From Fistulifera solaris (lineage: Eukaryota), in assembly GCA_030295235.1 (NCBI GenBank), contig AP026123.1:1674001-1738000 (forward strand): a DNA stretch of 64,000 nucleotides, given 5' to 3'. The position numbers and the translations under genes are program-made. Below, piece by piece: positions 37,607 through 50,422 of the stretch (positions are counted from its first letter, which is position 1; every line of letters begins with the position of its first letter). The notes beneath the pieces were generated by a model. It made no database searches and was not told the origin of the DNA. It was given only the letters and a program-made list of their open reading frames with translations.

Positions 37607-39441
37607 TTAAAAATTATTGGATGACGGCCTTTCTCTTTCATCAGAATCGGCAATTGAAGAATAGCCGTTTTGATGCAGTCCTTGAAAATGACATTCGATT
37701 TCTTCCAGAGACATTCCCTTGGTTTCCGGGAGTACTTGATACAGCCACACAAATCCAATCAGAGCGACAGCACCGTACATCCAAAAAGGCTCCATAGGCT
37801 GTCAAAACTTGTGGACTGCTGATCGACAGGAATGTTGCGGCCACTATAACATTCCCAAACCAGTTGGTTCCTGTAGAGCAACTGATCGCGATGGAGCGGT
37901 ATTGGAGAGGAAAGATTTCGGAACAAATGGTCCAAGGAAGTCCCCCCATGCCGATCCCAAAAGCGAGCAAGTAAGCCACCATGGCAAATACTGACATGTA
38001 TCCATAAGGACTGGTACATGCGCCTAAAACCCACTCCGACCCGATGGGACATTGTGACAAATCAGCTGGACCGGTCGATGATCCTTGCACACAATACCCG
38101 TCGCAGAAACCGCAGCCCGGAATATGTGTGCAGTCGTAGCAAAACTTCGTCTCACCACTCCACAGCATTGCAGATTGTGATTGACACGGATCAAAAGCTT
38201 GCAATACGGGCTCCGATAGGACCCGAGACAAATAAAAGGAAAGTCCCAAGAAGAACAGACACACCGCGACCAACGCCAGGGACGTCAGTACCAACGTTCT
38301 TCGACCCATGCGATCCACCAAATATAGACTCAACCCAATACCCACCACTTGCGCCAGTGCTGTGAATCCCGACAGCCAAACGGCCGTAAGTTCATCAAAC
38401 TGTGACATTTCGTAGATAGTGGCAGCATAATACATGACCGTATTGATTCCACTAAACTGCTGAATGAGCATCAAGCCACAACCCAAGATTAGGGACCTTC
38501 TGGCCCCTCGATCGCGAAGCATGGCTGCAAAATGATCCACAAAACCCAGCTGAGTACTTGCCGACAAGGTGCGATGGGAAGAACCCGGCCCGTAGGCCCC
38601 ACTGTCTCCTTCGTGATCGACAATAGCATCTCTTGTACTCATTTGCGATAAAGAATTGATGATTTCTTGTACTTCTTCATGGATTTGCTGCTCCGTCACT
38701 CGCAACGATCGTAGAACAATTCTTGCTTCGTCTGTTTTTCCTTGCAAAATCAACCAACGCGGCGACTCGGGAAGATACCAAAATCCCGCCCACAACATCA
38801 GACTGGGGATCGCTGCGAGTCCCAACATGTACCTCCATCCATCCTCCGTTGTTACCAACAATCCATCGACCATCCCCGCCGTAAATTGCCCCAAGGTAAT
38901 CAAGAAAGCGTTCACTGTGACCAATTGTCCCCGCAACGACGGTTCGGCCGCTTCCGCAATGTACAACGGTGTCGTCAACGAGGCGATGCCAACCGCGATC
39001 CCCACCAGAATCCGTCCCACGAGCAAGCTTTCGTAGTTCGAAGCGAGCATTAAGAGGCAACTTCCGAGTGTGAAAATAGCTGCGGCCAAGAGTATGGACG
39101 GCCGTCGCCCCCAATAAGCATTCAATCCACCTCCCAACACGAATGAACTCAACAACGCGGCGAGCACAGTACTCGAGACGACCCATTCTTGTTGTCGTGC
39201 TGTTAAATGAAACGCCCGCCGGATGGGTAACAGAGCACCGGATATGACACCCGTATCGAAACCAAAAAGAAAAACCACCCAAGGCGGCCATGGCCGTGAG
39301 AAAACGCATTTTTCGGTGAACTTGCTCGACATGATCTGCATCCACTATTACGCTATTATTCGGTTCCAGAGATTCTGTGTTACTGGTCGTCACCGTGTCT
39401 TTGCGCAAAAGAGCGTCGTGTATTCGTTCTTCGCTGCTCAT
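37607..39441 (-). CDS. Proton/myo-inositol cotransporter (HMIT/SLC2A13-like), sugar porter family
   Basis: GGFLFGFDTG, GRR, PESPRW, QQFSGINTVMYY, Cys-rich loop CxxCxxxxxCGFC, PETKG; indels near 39272 and 37785. Confidence 0.92.
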
Positions 39442-39548
39442 GATGTGATCTGTTTGTATTTTCTTATCATTTAATGGTTAATGGAGTCAAAGAATGAAAG
39501 CAACAATCATCGCCTTTATAGCGTTACTCATGGAGTGCGGTGTGCGGA

Positions 39549-39858
39549 TGTGATATTTTCACTTCTCCAGAAAATGTATGTGGGCGCTTGATAATTTCAC
39601 GGCTCCAGAAAATGTGGGGGCGTGGTGTTTTCAAGTCTCCAGAAGAAGTGGGCGCGTGATGTTTTCACGTATCCAGAAAATGTGGGTGTGTGGCTTATTA
39701 CTTTTCCAGAAAATGTGGGAGTGTGATATTTTCACGTGTCCAGAAAAAGTGGGGGTGTGATGTTTTCACGTGTCCAGAAAAAGTGGGCGCGTGCTGTTTT
39801 CACGTCTCCAGAAAATGTGGGGGTGTGGTATTTTCTCGTCTTCAGAAAATGTGGGGTG
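39549..39858. repeat. 34 bp minisatellite, 9 copies
   Basis: TCCAGAA core at 39566, 39604, 39638, 39672, 39705, 39739, 39773, 39807 and 39841 (TTCAGAA); consensus about GTGATGTTTTCACGTCTCCAGAAAATGTGGGCGC. Confidence 0.95.
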
Positions 39859-39989
39859 TAGCGCAAAAATTGAAATTTTTCGCGGATGCAATGATCAATT
39901 AATTAGAAATTGCTTCATTCAAAGGTAGTGGAGGCAAAGAAAGTCGTACCAAGTTGACGTATGCCGTAACAACTGCGAGAAGGCGAAGG

Positions 39990-41290
39990 ATGAACATCAA
40001 CGCCGCTCATCCGCGCGATCAGTCCTTGTTGCAAGCCGCTTGTGAAGGAAACATTTCGTTGCTCGCGTCGGTCGACGATGCCGTACTACAAAGCACGGTG
40101 TGTACTTCGGGTTGTACGGTATTGCATTGGGCGGCGGGTGCCAATCAAGTGGAAACGTTGCGTTATTTGGTCCTTCAACGAGGAATGCCGGTCGACATTC
40201 CGGTCGCCAAGCGCGCCGCGAGTGGGCGAACCGCTCTGCATTATGCGTGTCGGAATGGAGCCCTACAGGCCGCCCAGTGTCTCGTTCAGGAATTGGGCGC
40301 GAATGTCAATCACAAAGCCAAACAGGGTGTAACGCCCTTTCAGCTGGCGGTCTTTCAGAATCGACTCGAAATATGTCAATGGTTGGTGGAAGAGTGTCAC
40401 GTCGATCCGACGCAAGTGAACGATTTTGGATGCGGAGCCGTGCACTGGTTGGGGATTGTACCCATCCACCGAGCCGATGATGGGGAAGCCGGTGCGGGAT
40501 TGCTGCCTCTGGCGCGGTGGCTGCAATCTTTGCCCGGCATTGATTTCCGTGCGAAACAGAAAAGTGGACACACCGCCCTGCACAAGTCCTCCTGGATGGG
40601 ACACTTGGCATTGGTCAAGTTTTGCACCAAGAATGTGATTTATGGGATGATGCTCCGGACGATGCTGGCAATTATGCTGCTGTTCTTGCCGATATGGCCA
40701 ACACTCCACGTCACCGGATTGTGGCAGAGTATTTGAGAGAACATGCTAGTCGAGAGCGGGAGGAAAGTTGTGCCGTGTTGGGATTGGAACGGAAAGATTT
40801 GGAGGCTGCGGAAGAAACTAGGATAGCTCGCATTCGGGCCGCCTATAAAGCTAAAGTACGCCTACTGCATCCCGATAAGAAACAAACGAACGATGACTTA
40901 TCGGAATTCCACGCGGTTCAAAAAGCCTACCACCATTTGTTGCATTGCGGCGGTAGAGGCACGCAAGAGAATCCCACGCATCACTTACCTTTAATGTTGG
41001 ACATGCAAGGGAACGCACTCGTTGCGAACACGGAGGACGACGATGTTGAATTCTTCAAGGCAAGATTACTTGCAGTTATCATGGAGTTTGGGAAGGAAGG
41101 GCTTGACATGTCGAACGTCAGAAAGAAATGGCAACAAGTCTGGCCCCATGTAAGATTCCCAACCACTCGGGAGCCCCTCAATCAATTCATTCAACGCCAA
41201 GCGGGTGATGTTGTTGAATTTCGTCGGGACGACCAAGGCTTTATCCGCCTACATGCCCTTTCTACTTCACAACTAGGTGCTCGAAGCTAA
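39990..41290 (+). CDS. Ankyrin-repeat plus J-domain protein with putative C-terminal LOTUS/OST-HTH domain
   Basis: Ankyrin motifs (TVLHWAA, TALHYAC, TPFQLA, TALH); J-domain HPDK; indel near 40622. Confidence 0.82.
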
Positions 41291-41356
41291 TTAGAGTGAT
41301 TGAAGAAAAAGAATCGAAAAAGAGCTATGTTTCTTCCATTTAAAAACCATGTTCGT

Positions 41357-44300
41357 TCATGCCATGGATAAGGCTTTTCGTACATCTTCAACAAGCCGTT
41401 CTGCGCCAACGCGATCACGACACTGCAACCGCCAATTACGTGACTTCTGGAAGGGAAGTTGTTGGGCGAATGATAATCGTAATGGCTGCCGGATCAGCGT
41501 CTGCTGCTTGCACTTTGGTGATTTGTGAAAGGGCAGCCGAGTCGACCAGGCGGTACATTGTTTCGCCGACTTGTCTTGTTTCTGCTTCGACCGATTCGGA
41601 GCCATCCCCGACGTAATCCTCGTCAAGAAGAAAAAGCTTGGTGTCAGTCAAAACGCAAACACGGCGGGCAATGCCCCTATCTCCTCTTCTCCAACGCTGT
41701 CCTAATATTTGGTAATGCAGGACGACCCCTACAACGTCGGGTGCAACAGCCACACCCAGGGCATCCAGCACGTGGCGGTCATCATTTTCGATCAGCAAAT
41801 TGTCGCTATTGTCAGTAAACATATTCGTTCCCAACTGCGACTCTTGAAAAGATCTTGGATATCTTTCAACAGAGCAACTGTTTCGGCTTTATTCGAAATG
41901 AGAAGCACGTAGATAAAATCGTCAGCAGACGGCGCTTGCGAGTTTCCAAATCTTAACGTAAGCCTCTGAAAACCAAATCCGATCGTAACAGCTCGCAAAG
42001 TTGAAAATGGGTGCCGCGCAAGTGCGTGCGGCCAAACAGCGTGCATGAACTCGGCCTCCTTGGCAATAGCAAGAGGGAAGCGCTTCTTTGACCTTGCGCT
42101 CACTTTGTCATGATCAACTATCAGATAAAAGTTCAAATTCGAAAAACAAGCAAGCACTTCGCGAAATTCGGCTACAGTATCAGGCCGTATGTGTGACGAG
42201 CTCGAGTCGGACCAGAGGAGCTCTCCGTGAAATCCATACCTGGCGCCGCGGTTGGGAGTGAGTCGACGAAGTGCTGGTTTTCCACATCCCACAACTCTTT
42301 CTTTCCAGAGACGACGAAACTCTTCTGCCCGCTCTATACCGCCTGTACCCATCGACAGGTTTAAATTGCTCATACAATTTAGCTGCTTTCTGTCGGCAGG
42401 CCAAAGCTGTATCCTTGGTTCGTTCTTGAGGATGTCTCGCCATTCCGGTTCTGTACCCCCGGATAAGGTGACGACGGCTGTGATATAGAATTGTCGATGA
42501 CTCGCGTAGGGAAAACAAAAACTCGAAAATATAGTTCAAGGTCCTTGCAGATTTTGAGCGTCCCGTAGTTTGGAGGCCCGTCGTATACTGAGTTGTCTTC
42601 GGCTAAATGATATTTTCCTACGGACATTGTACCGTCGTAGCTTGGTGATCCGACTGAGCTTTGAAAAGAGCTTTGATCATCTTGTGTTACCGAATCCGGA
42701 AACTGTCCTGATAAACGCACTAGTAAGGGATGTCCAGTTTGAGCTTCATCGTATGAGCTTGTCGAGTGATGATCTTGTGTCGATTCATTAGCTGCATCAG
42801 CTCCCTCTAGAGTAAATCCCCTTTCAACTTCACTATCGGGTCCCACATTCGTCTCGGCAGATGCCTCTGTGGTAGAGGTAGACTTCTTGAGCTCTTCTGC
42901 GTTATCGCACTTAATAGGGGATATCATTAGCCGATCAAGTTCGTTCGTTTCATCTTTGCGTACATTCGAGTCTAATGTATCTTTCTCTGACGTTGTCTCC
43001 TTGACCTCAACATCATGCCCGGGTATACATTCATCAACGAGAAGGCTTAATTCAGTATCTCCATCCATTTCTCCACAAAGCAAGTCGCCTGATATGTCAG
43101 TCTTTTCAACAGTAGGTGTCTGCGCTGCTTCGCATTCAACCACACGACCCTTAGCTTCTTCAACCGCTTCATTTCTTAACGATGCATCGTCGCCTTTGTC
43201 TTCTTCAATAACATGCACATCGTCGGGTGTCTCTGGCCTGCAGAGTGACTGAAGAACATCTTCAAGCGTGAAACGTACAACTGGTCCTCCTTCTTCAGCT
43301 GTTAAAGTAGCTTCCAACGGTTTCAGAACAACGTAGTTGATGGGAGTGTCGACTTCCGCTTGCCTTGTTCTAAACTTACGTTTTATTCCACGGGTAGGAA
43401 CGACTCCACCTGCTAGCGTCCGTTCACATATACCTGCTTCTGAAGAAAGATCGATAATATTCGCTACATCTGAATCTGCACCAGAAATGGCAACACTGGG
43501 CGGTCTGTAACTTCTTATTTTTATTGCTTTCATTTCTTCGACAGAAGCCTTTTTCCCGTCCAGCGATGGTAGAAGCGCCTGCAAATCTCGATAAGTCGCG
43601 TTGACTGGCAAATAATTCTTTCGTTTCTCCTGAAACAGCGATAGTACTTCGACTCGACATTTCTTTGGCTTCTTTACTTCAATCGGATTCCCCTTAAGAT
43701 GCAGGGTCTCCAGTTCGGGCAGACGAGCCAGTGCGCTTATTTTGCTAAGCTCGCCAATGCGATTATGGTCGAGCCATAACTCCTGCAGCGAATACAGCCG
43801 CTCGATGCCTTCCGCACTTTTCAAATGGTTGTGCGACAATACGAGTGTCTGGATGTTCCCAAGGTGATAATGGGCGCTCTTCAAACACTCAATCCGATTG
43901 AACGACAAGTCGACTTTGACCAGATGAGGCATTTTCGAAAGCCCCGACAAAACGTTTTCCGAAGCCAGATCGTTGTGGGAAAGACAAACAGATTGCAAAC
44001 TTGTAAGTCGGGCCAAGGGAGAATGTATTAAGCCACTTTCAGACTCGATCGACCCTATGCCGGAACTATCTGACAGGCCGCAACCAGATAGTTTTATATG
44101 AGTCAATTGCGGAAAAAGTGCCCGTGGACTCGAAAGTGGTATAGGGGGAGCCAGTGGATCATCTGGTGATATCGCTAAAAATTGCGACTCCTCCTCATTT
44201 GAATTCAGGGGTAGAAGTAAGCCCGCCACGTCCGAAATCGGTGTATACTCTACGCGAAACACCTTGAGAGAGTTTTGAATCATGTTCACATTTCTAACGC

Positions 44301-45027
44301 ACCCTTCAGGAATATTTTCAACAAGTAACATTTCGCAGCCCGGGAACAAGCACATGTCGACGGGCGGGCACTCCATCAGAGCACTGTAATAATCAAGAAA
44401 AAGCCACGTTTCCTCAAAATCGTCGTTTGTCAGCAATCCGCTATCACGAAGTTTCCCTAAATTTTCCCAACCTCTCTGTCGCTCTCTCTTTTTGCTCGAA
44501 CTTGTGGGGAGTACTGGCCATTCGTCGGCTGTAATTCTGACGCGGGTCACTTGAGGTAGGAGCGATCGAAGCTGTGCTAGTTTGTCCCGAAACTCCTCCC
44601 TTGGTTCAGGAGAGTACATTTCAATCGCCAACCAGCCAACAGCTGTCGCAGGTAGTGATAATCCTTGTTTAACATGTTTTCTCTGTGCTGCGCCATCTGT
44701 TTTTAAATGACCTTGAAGGAGATCGAGTAGCGTTGTCGCCGCCGCATCAAGACTCGTCCGGAGTTCTCTCGACAACGCTTCTACGGATCGCTTCTTTCTC
44801 TTGATCAGAAACTTTTGCGCCCAGGATATGTTTGATGGAGCCTCTATTTCGATTTCCTCGATAGCCTCATTGTTTGCACGGCTGACGGGTTGCTGATTTG
44901 AAATTCTGTCGTCTTCAGCAACCGCTTCGTTGTTACGATCTATCATATCGTTGTCTGCTCCGTGTACGCGGCCTACTCTCTCTGTATTATGCTTCTGGTT
45001 CTTTCTTGTGCTCGCTGATGGCTTCAT
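41357..45027 (-). CDS. Leucine-rich repeat protein, nischarin/STK11IP-like
   Basis: LRRs (VDLSFNRI, LVLSHNHL, LWLDHNRI, LHLKGNP); acidic linker; C-terminal PH-like regions; four ORFs joined by indels. Confidence 0.75.
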
Positions 45028-45393
45028 ATTCAAATTCAAGATAATGTTGTCTAGAATGGGATGAGATACTTTGCTTCGATGCTCGTATTCTTTTTCTGGG
45101 ACTTATTCGACGTCAAGCGTCAAGCGTTGCAGGTTGCAGGTTGCAGGCCATTTTCGTTCTTATTGCGTCGATTTCATGTTTCGTGCCTTTCGGATTTCGG
45201 ACACAAGAATGGGGTACCTATGACGTAATCACCATAGTAAAAACCGTGTTCTCACTGATGTGTGTACCGGAAAGACTGATGCTATAGTACAAAATGTTAA
45301 TACAGTCACCACGTCACTTCATCTTGCTATGTCTCAGATAGGCGCAACAAATAACCTACAAAACTTGACCTTAGTTCAGAGGAACACAACTAT

Positions 45394-48300
45394 TTACTTT
45401 ACTTCCCTTATAGCGCCAGTAGGTGAAGTTCTCAGCTTATTAAGTTCTTCCACAATGTCGCTGAATTCGAGGCGATCGTTAGGATTTTCAGCCCAACACT
45501 TCACCATTATATCTTTCCACGGACAATCTTGCGGCACAGGGGGACGAAGATTCTCATTTGCTACCTTGGCAATGATTTGTGTCGTTTCCAAACCTTTGTA
45601 GACCTCATCACGGGTCGCCAACTCCCACAAGACTATACCGTAGCCATAAACGTCGCTGTACTTTGAGGATCGTGCATGTTTGATCACTTCGGGTGCCAAC
45701 CAACAAGCGGTTCCGACACCATGAGTCATGGTTCGCGAGCCTGACAGAGCTGCTCGAGCAGATCCCCAATCCCCAATCTTCGCTATTACTACTGATTGGG
45801 TTTCCAGTTTCTCGTAGTGTTGGCCTGAAATCCTTGGTTTTGACGATGTTGTGCTGCCGTCCTCTACATCGGTGAACGTTTCATGAACAAAGATATTATG
45901 GCTCTTTAGGTCGCGATGAATGATGGGCGGTTCCTGATTGTGCAGGTAGGTCATTCCCTCAGCAACCTGCAAAGCTAATTGTAATCGTAAATCTACACTT
46001 AGCACCCGTTCATTGTCGTCTAGTAGCTGCCGTAGACTTCCCTGCGAACAAAGCTCACTAACGATCCAAATCGCTTGCGCAGTTATCGAACAGCCGAAAA
46101 GTTGCAAAACATTAGGATGTCGTAGTATTGCCATCATTCCAGCTTCGCCTATAATCTCTTCAACAATTTCTTGTTGCATAGATGATTTACCAGCGACTGC
46201 GGCTTGTGCGAAAACGAACTCTTTCACGGCAACGCTTGAACTTCTCCACTTGGCGCTCCAAACGCGACCAAACGTTCCTTCACCAATAATTCTCTGTAGG
46301 AATATCTCTTGCGGATCAATAAGGGTCAGTAGGTGGGGCTGCTCAACGTATCTTGTTTGCATGGCTCGATTGTAGGCTTCTTTGATAGATGTATTCTCAA
46401 GTGGACTGTACGAGAGTGTATCCAAAGTGAAGCCAGATAAGCTTTCTTGCTTTGAAAACAACGCCATTGCAACATTTCTGTTGCATAAGATTGCTCCAAT
46501 CACACCGATCACGCAGCCAACAGAAACGCAATAAACAATGATCGTGATGTTCACGGAACCTCCAGAAGAGCTTGCTTGTTCTTCGTCCAATTTTGGTTCC
46601 AATTGAGATATCGCTAAGATAGCACCCCACACGACTCCGCCGGATAAAATTTCCGTAGTTGGTTCTAACAACGGCTGTGAACTCCCTTTGGTGGTATCTG
46701 CGAGTCTTCGATTGTAATCTGAGTCCGACGTTTTCGCTTTGTAGTACCACCTCGAAACAAGATTATCACCAGCGATGAACACATTCCCTTCGAATTTACC
46801 ATACCCGTTCGTCAGGGCATGGAGAGGTTCATCATGACCATCAAAACCTGGAAGCCACGACCAATTAAAATCATGATACATTTCCTTTTCAGACACGGGC
46901 TCATCGTCGTCACCCCGATCATTTTTGGGAATTGTTTTCAAAGTCGACTTCAACAAAGCTATCGTGTAAGGCCGTGATTCGTCAGGCCAGTCCGTAGTCG
47001 GCGTCGTTTTACCAGCAACCATTAATCCAAAAGGAGTTAGCAGCATATTGCTACCACCCGTCGGGAGGACGCTGTGCTTGGCATCGGAAAGACACGTCCA
47101 TCTATGCGTCTCAATTTCATAAGCAGCTAAGCCAAGACACACTTCCGATGTCTCCGTTAGTCTTTCGAAGGATCCCATGACATAGAGTACCCCGGCTTCT
47201 TCGTCTAATTGTAGCGCAGTTGCGACGCCATCCTGTGTCTTGTTTCTCATGGTAAGCCCTCCACCGGGATGTGCCACCAGATGGCCCGAGTCGTAGTCAT
47301 AAATCGCCAAACCGGCAGGCACATTTCGACCATCAATTGCATTGAATTTCCCGGCCACGTGAAGCTGTCTTCTTTTCGAATCCCACGCCAGCGCCAACAC
47401 CGTTACAGTGCACCAGGAACAGGTAATCTGACCAACATTCAAAGGCAGCCATACCTGCTCCAAAGCATTGAAATGAGCGATATTGAAGATTTTGACAAAC
47501 TCGTTGCGTTCCCCGTTCCATACTTGTGTCTGAAACGACCCAGCAACATACACGTCATTAGGACCTGCCAGAGCAGCGGTTGTGATTTTCATCCCTTTGC
47601 TCAGCGCTGAATTACACAACCCTTCGCCGACTTTGGAAAGCTGAAATCCATTCCAAGTGCCCACGGAGCAATAAGTGACTTGACTGTTTCTGTAAGTCGT
47701 ATCGAAGGCGCCGACAACAATTAACTCTCCCGATCCAGAATATTTGATAGGCTGCGGCCGAGGTGGAGCATGAAAAAGTCCGGATTGATTGCTGGTCGGT
47801 TCGTCATGACGAAGAGTATAATTCGCCAATAAGCTGTAAACTTCTCCACCGGAATAAGAGTTATAGAGCGACAGTTGAATTCTCTCTGTTAAGCTCCACT
47901 CGTGTGAATTCAGATCCATTTGCGCGATATTACAAGGGGCGTCCGCTACCGTCATCTTCCCTGCTATCACAAGTGTCGGCCCCTGTGGTGGCTCGGAAAC
48001 TAACCGTCTCCTTTGTCCATTGTTGAGAAAAGTAGACCGCAGATCCGGGGAGAAAAGATTCAAATAAGGGCCGACACCGTCAAAAAATATGTTCGAACCA
48101 CGTGTTGATGGACAGAAGTGGCTGCGAGGCAAAATGAAACGTTTCCCCTGGTCGGTTAAACCGATTCCCAAAAGGAATAAAAGAACAAAAGACATGCACC
48201 AACATGAGGTAAGTGCAACATTTCTTCTTCTTCTTTTCCGCCCTATTTTATTTTCGCCCGGAAAACCGTCAATCGCACCGCTTGAGTCCATTTTCAAGGA

Positions 48301-48534
48301 CGTGAGCATCAAATGGAAACGCTCGCCGTATGAAGGATAAGCCGTGTCAGCATATGGCGTTTTTCTGGGGATTGTTTCGCCACAATGAACAGACGACGAT
48401 GCGCCGGAGTCAATAATTGTCGTATCGGCCAGAGAACTCAACGAAGGCAAGAAACCGGCTATAGTATCATGTTCGATATCCTCAAGATCTGTGTCGCCCT
48501 CATGTGGGGCTGTGTCATTCAATATACGATCCAT
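45394..48534 (-). CDS. Transmembrane receptor-like TKL (Raf-like) protein kinase
   Basis: GEGTFG, VAVK, HRDLKSHN, IGDWG and WLAPE; two TM segments flanking a repeat-rich domain. Confidence 0.93.
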   Translation of the reverse strand: MDRILNDTAPHEGDTDLEDIEHDTIAGFLPSLSSLADTTIIDSGASSSVHCGETIPRKTPYADTAYPSYGERFHLMLTSLKMDSSGAIDGFPGENKIGRKRRRRNVALTSCWCMSFVLLFLLGIGLTDQGKRFILPRSHFCPSTRGSNIFFDGVGPYLNLFSPDLRSTFLNNGQRRRLVSEPPQGPTLVIAGKMTVADAPCNIAQMDLNSHEWSLTERIQLSLYNSYSGGEVYSLLANYTLRHDEPTSNQSGLFHAPPRPQPIKYSGSGELIVVGAFDTTYRNSQVTYCSVGTWNGFQLSKVGEGLCNSALSKGMKITTAALAGPNDVYVAGSFQTQVWNGERNEFVKIFNIAHFNALEQVWLPLNVGQITCSWCTVTVLALAWDSKRRQLHVAGKFNAIDGRNVPAGLAIYDYDSGHLVAHPGGGLTMRNKTQDGVATALQLDEEAGVLYVMGSFERLTETSEVCLGLAAYEIETHRWTCLSDAKHSVLPTGGSNMLLTPFGLMVAGKTTPTTDWPDESRPYTIALLKSTLKTIPKNDRGDDDEPVSEKEMYHDFNWSWLPGFDGHDEPLHALTNGYGKFEGNVFIAGDNLVSRWYYKAKTSDSDYNRRLADTTKGSSQPLLEPTTEILSGGVVWGAILAISQLEPKLDEEQASSSGGSVNITIIVYCVSVGCVIGVIGAILCNRNVAMALFSKQESLSGFTLDTLSYSPLENTSIKEAYNRAMQTRYVEQPHLLTLIDPQEIFLQRIIGEGTFGRVWSAKWRSSSVAVKEFVFAQAAVAGKSSMQQEIVEEIIGEAGMMAILRHPNVLQLFGCSITAQAIWIVSELCSQGSLRQLLDDNERVLSVDLRLQLALQVAEGMTYLHNQEPPIIHRDLKSHNIFVHETFTDVEDGSTTSSKPRISGQHYEKLETQSVVIAKIGDWGSARAALSGSRTMTHGVGTACWLAPEVIKHARSSKYSDVYGYGIVLWELATRDEVYKGLETTQIIAKVANENLRPPVPQDCPWKDIMVKCWAENPNDRLEFSDIVEELNKLRTSPTGAIREVK

Positions 48535-48920
48535 TCCTCGTCGTTTGACATCAAACGCAAATTCGCGGTCTCCAGAACTGTTGAGAGCGGACGCAATCGT
48601 TGTGCGATCTTCGTTCTACGATCTCTAAAATCGATTCTATTTGGTTTTAGTTTATAGTCGCAACACGCAAAGTTGCTACCGAAAAGTTTATTGCGTTCGA
48701 AGTTGACACCCTTGTACAGTTCCCGTCACAGTAAAATCTATTCGAGCGTTCCGCAGCGTCTGTCATTTATCCGTCGATCTAATTAGGTAAACTATTAGCA
48801 ATGTATGATTATGATGGCCAAATATTTGACAATTATTTGAGCAGAACGTGCTAGTCATGATCGTCATCTCATATTAGCTGTCTTTCATTTCAAAAGGACT
48901 TAGTTTGTTATAGTATTGGC

Positions 48921-49516
48921 TTATTGATACTCCGTCGGTAAAACGAATTTGGAGGAAGTATCTAAAGGTTGCTTGTCCATATGAAGCAAGCCGGTAATCG
49001 GCATATGATCCCACTGCAGTTGTAGGGTTACTTCCTTTCCACGCAGTTCACCACCGCGCTTATCGACCAAAGGATATTTGATAAAGGTATTCTTTTCTTT
49101 CAACACTTTCGAATCACCCGCTTCGACAATTTTGTCCCACAACACCACCTGATTGTATCGGCCGTTCGTTTCGTAAATCGCCACTACGTACACAAATAAC
49201 TGCTTAATATTCCAGTGAAACGCCGGTGTCAAATCCACATCTAAATCAAACGAAAGCAAGGCGCGATCGACACCTCCGTGGCTTTTGAGAGAGCGGAATT
49301 TTCTCATTTCTAATTTCTTCACCACTGATAATGCAACGCAATGAGTGAGTCGACTAGAAAACTCTTATACAACGATCAAAAATGCCATTGCTGCTTACCG
49401 GGTCGTTGACGCAAGGTGTGTCCTACCTTGCTGAGGGCGGCCATACAAGACAAGCCCAATAAAACTGTTAGCCCGAAAAAGACAACGGCATTCAGTCGGA
49501 CCCAAACAGTGTGCAT
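48921..49516 (-). CDS. SPCS3: Signal peptidase complex subunit 3 (SPC22/23)
   Basis: Exon 1 MHTVWVRLNAV; intron 49325-49398 in phase; FHWNIKQLFVY, NQVVLWD and MPITG. Confidence 0.95.
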
Positions 49517-49755
49517 AATAGAAATTGTTTCGCGTAATCAATGATAGAAAGAGATGTTCTAAAGTGAACTAACTGAGTGTTGAATGTTGAGGGAAAAGAT
49601 GGCTTGCAAACGGCGTGCAAGGCTGTATGCATGGAAAAAGGACGCGAGCGCGAGGACACGTGGAGAAGCGGGTGGAAGGACGGACCGGTGTAAGACAAAA
49701 AATGGCTAGAATTTACTAGTCTATGCTTTTATGAAAAAAAAAACATTACTTTCGT

Positions 49756-50422
49756 GCATGCAGCGAGCATTTTTTGTCTTTTTCGTGTTTGATTATAGTC
49801 TCATTATATTCACAGAACTGAATCTAATGTGCTAACCTTGGTAATTCGCGCAATCGCGTTTTCAGCCGGCAATGCTCTCGGAGAATCCTGACCTTCATGT
49901 TTTTACTTTGCACCAACTGTCGGTTCTACCAATCCACGATTGGATTTCAGTCATGAGACTCCATCAATCCTTTTGTACATGCAGCATGCAGCGCGCATTT
50001 TCTTTGCCTTTTTCGCGCTCGATTATACTATTATTACAATAATAGATCTAAAGGTAACTGTGCTCTGTGCTCTCACCTTAGAATTTCGCGCAATTGCGAT
50101 TTCAGCCGGCAATGCTCTTGAATCCTCACCTTCATGTTTTTACTATGATCCAAACAGTTGGTTGTTTCAATGCACGACTGGATTTCAGTGATGAGAAAAA
50201 ATCAATCCTTTTGTACATGCCGCTTGCCGCGCGAATCTTTTGTTTTTTCGCGTTTGATTATAGTCTCATTACAATAATAGATCTAAATCTAGACCTAATT
50301 ATGCTCTCACCTTGGAATTTCGCGCAATTGCGATTTCAGCCGACAATGCTCTCGAATCCTGACCTTCATGCTTTTAATATGCTCCAACCTGTTAGTTCTA
50401 CCAATCCACGATTGGATTTCAG
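49756..50422. repeat. ~235-240 bp tandem repeat, about 3 diverged copies
   Basis: TTCAGCCG(G/A)CAATGCTCT at 49861, 50101 and 50335, with collinear flanks. Confidence 0.92.

Noticed and set aside
39549..39858. CRISPR array
   Set aside because: Units are contiguous with no unique spacers, there are no cas genes and the context is eukaryotic
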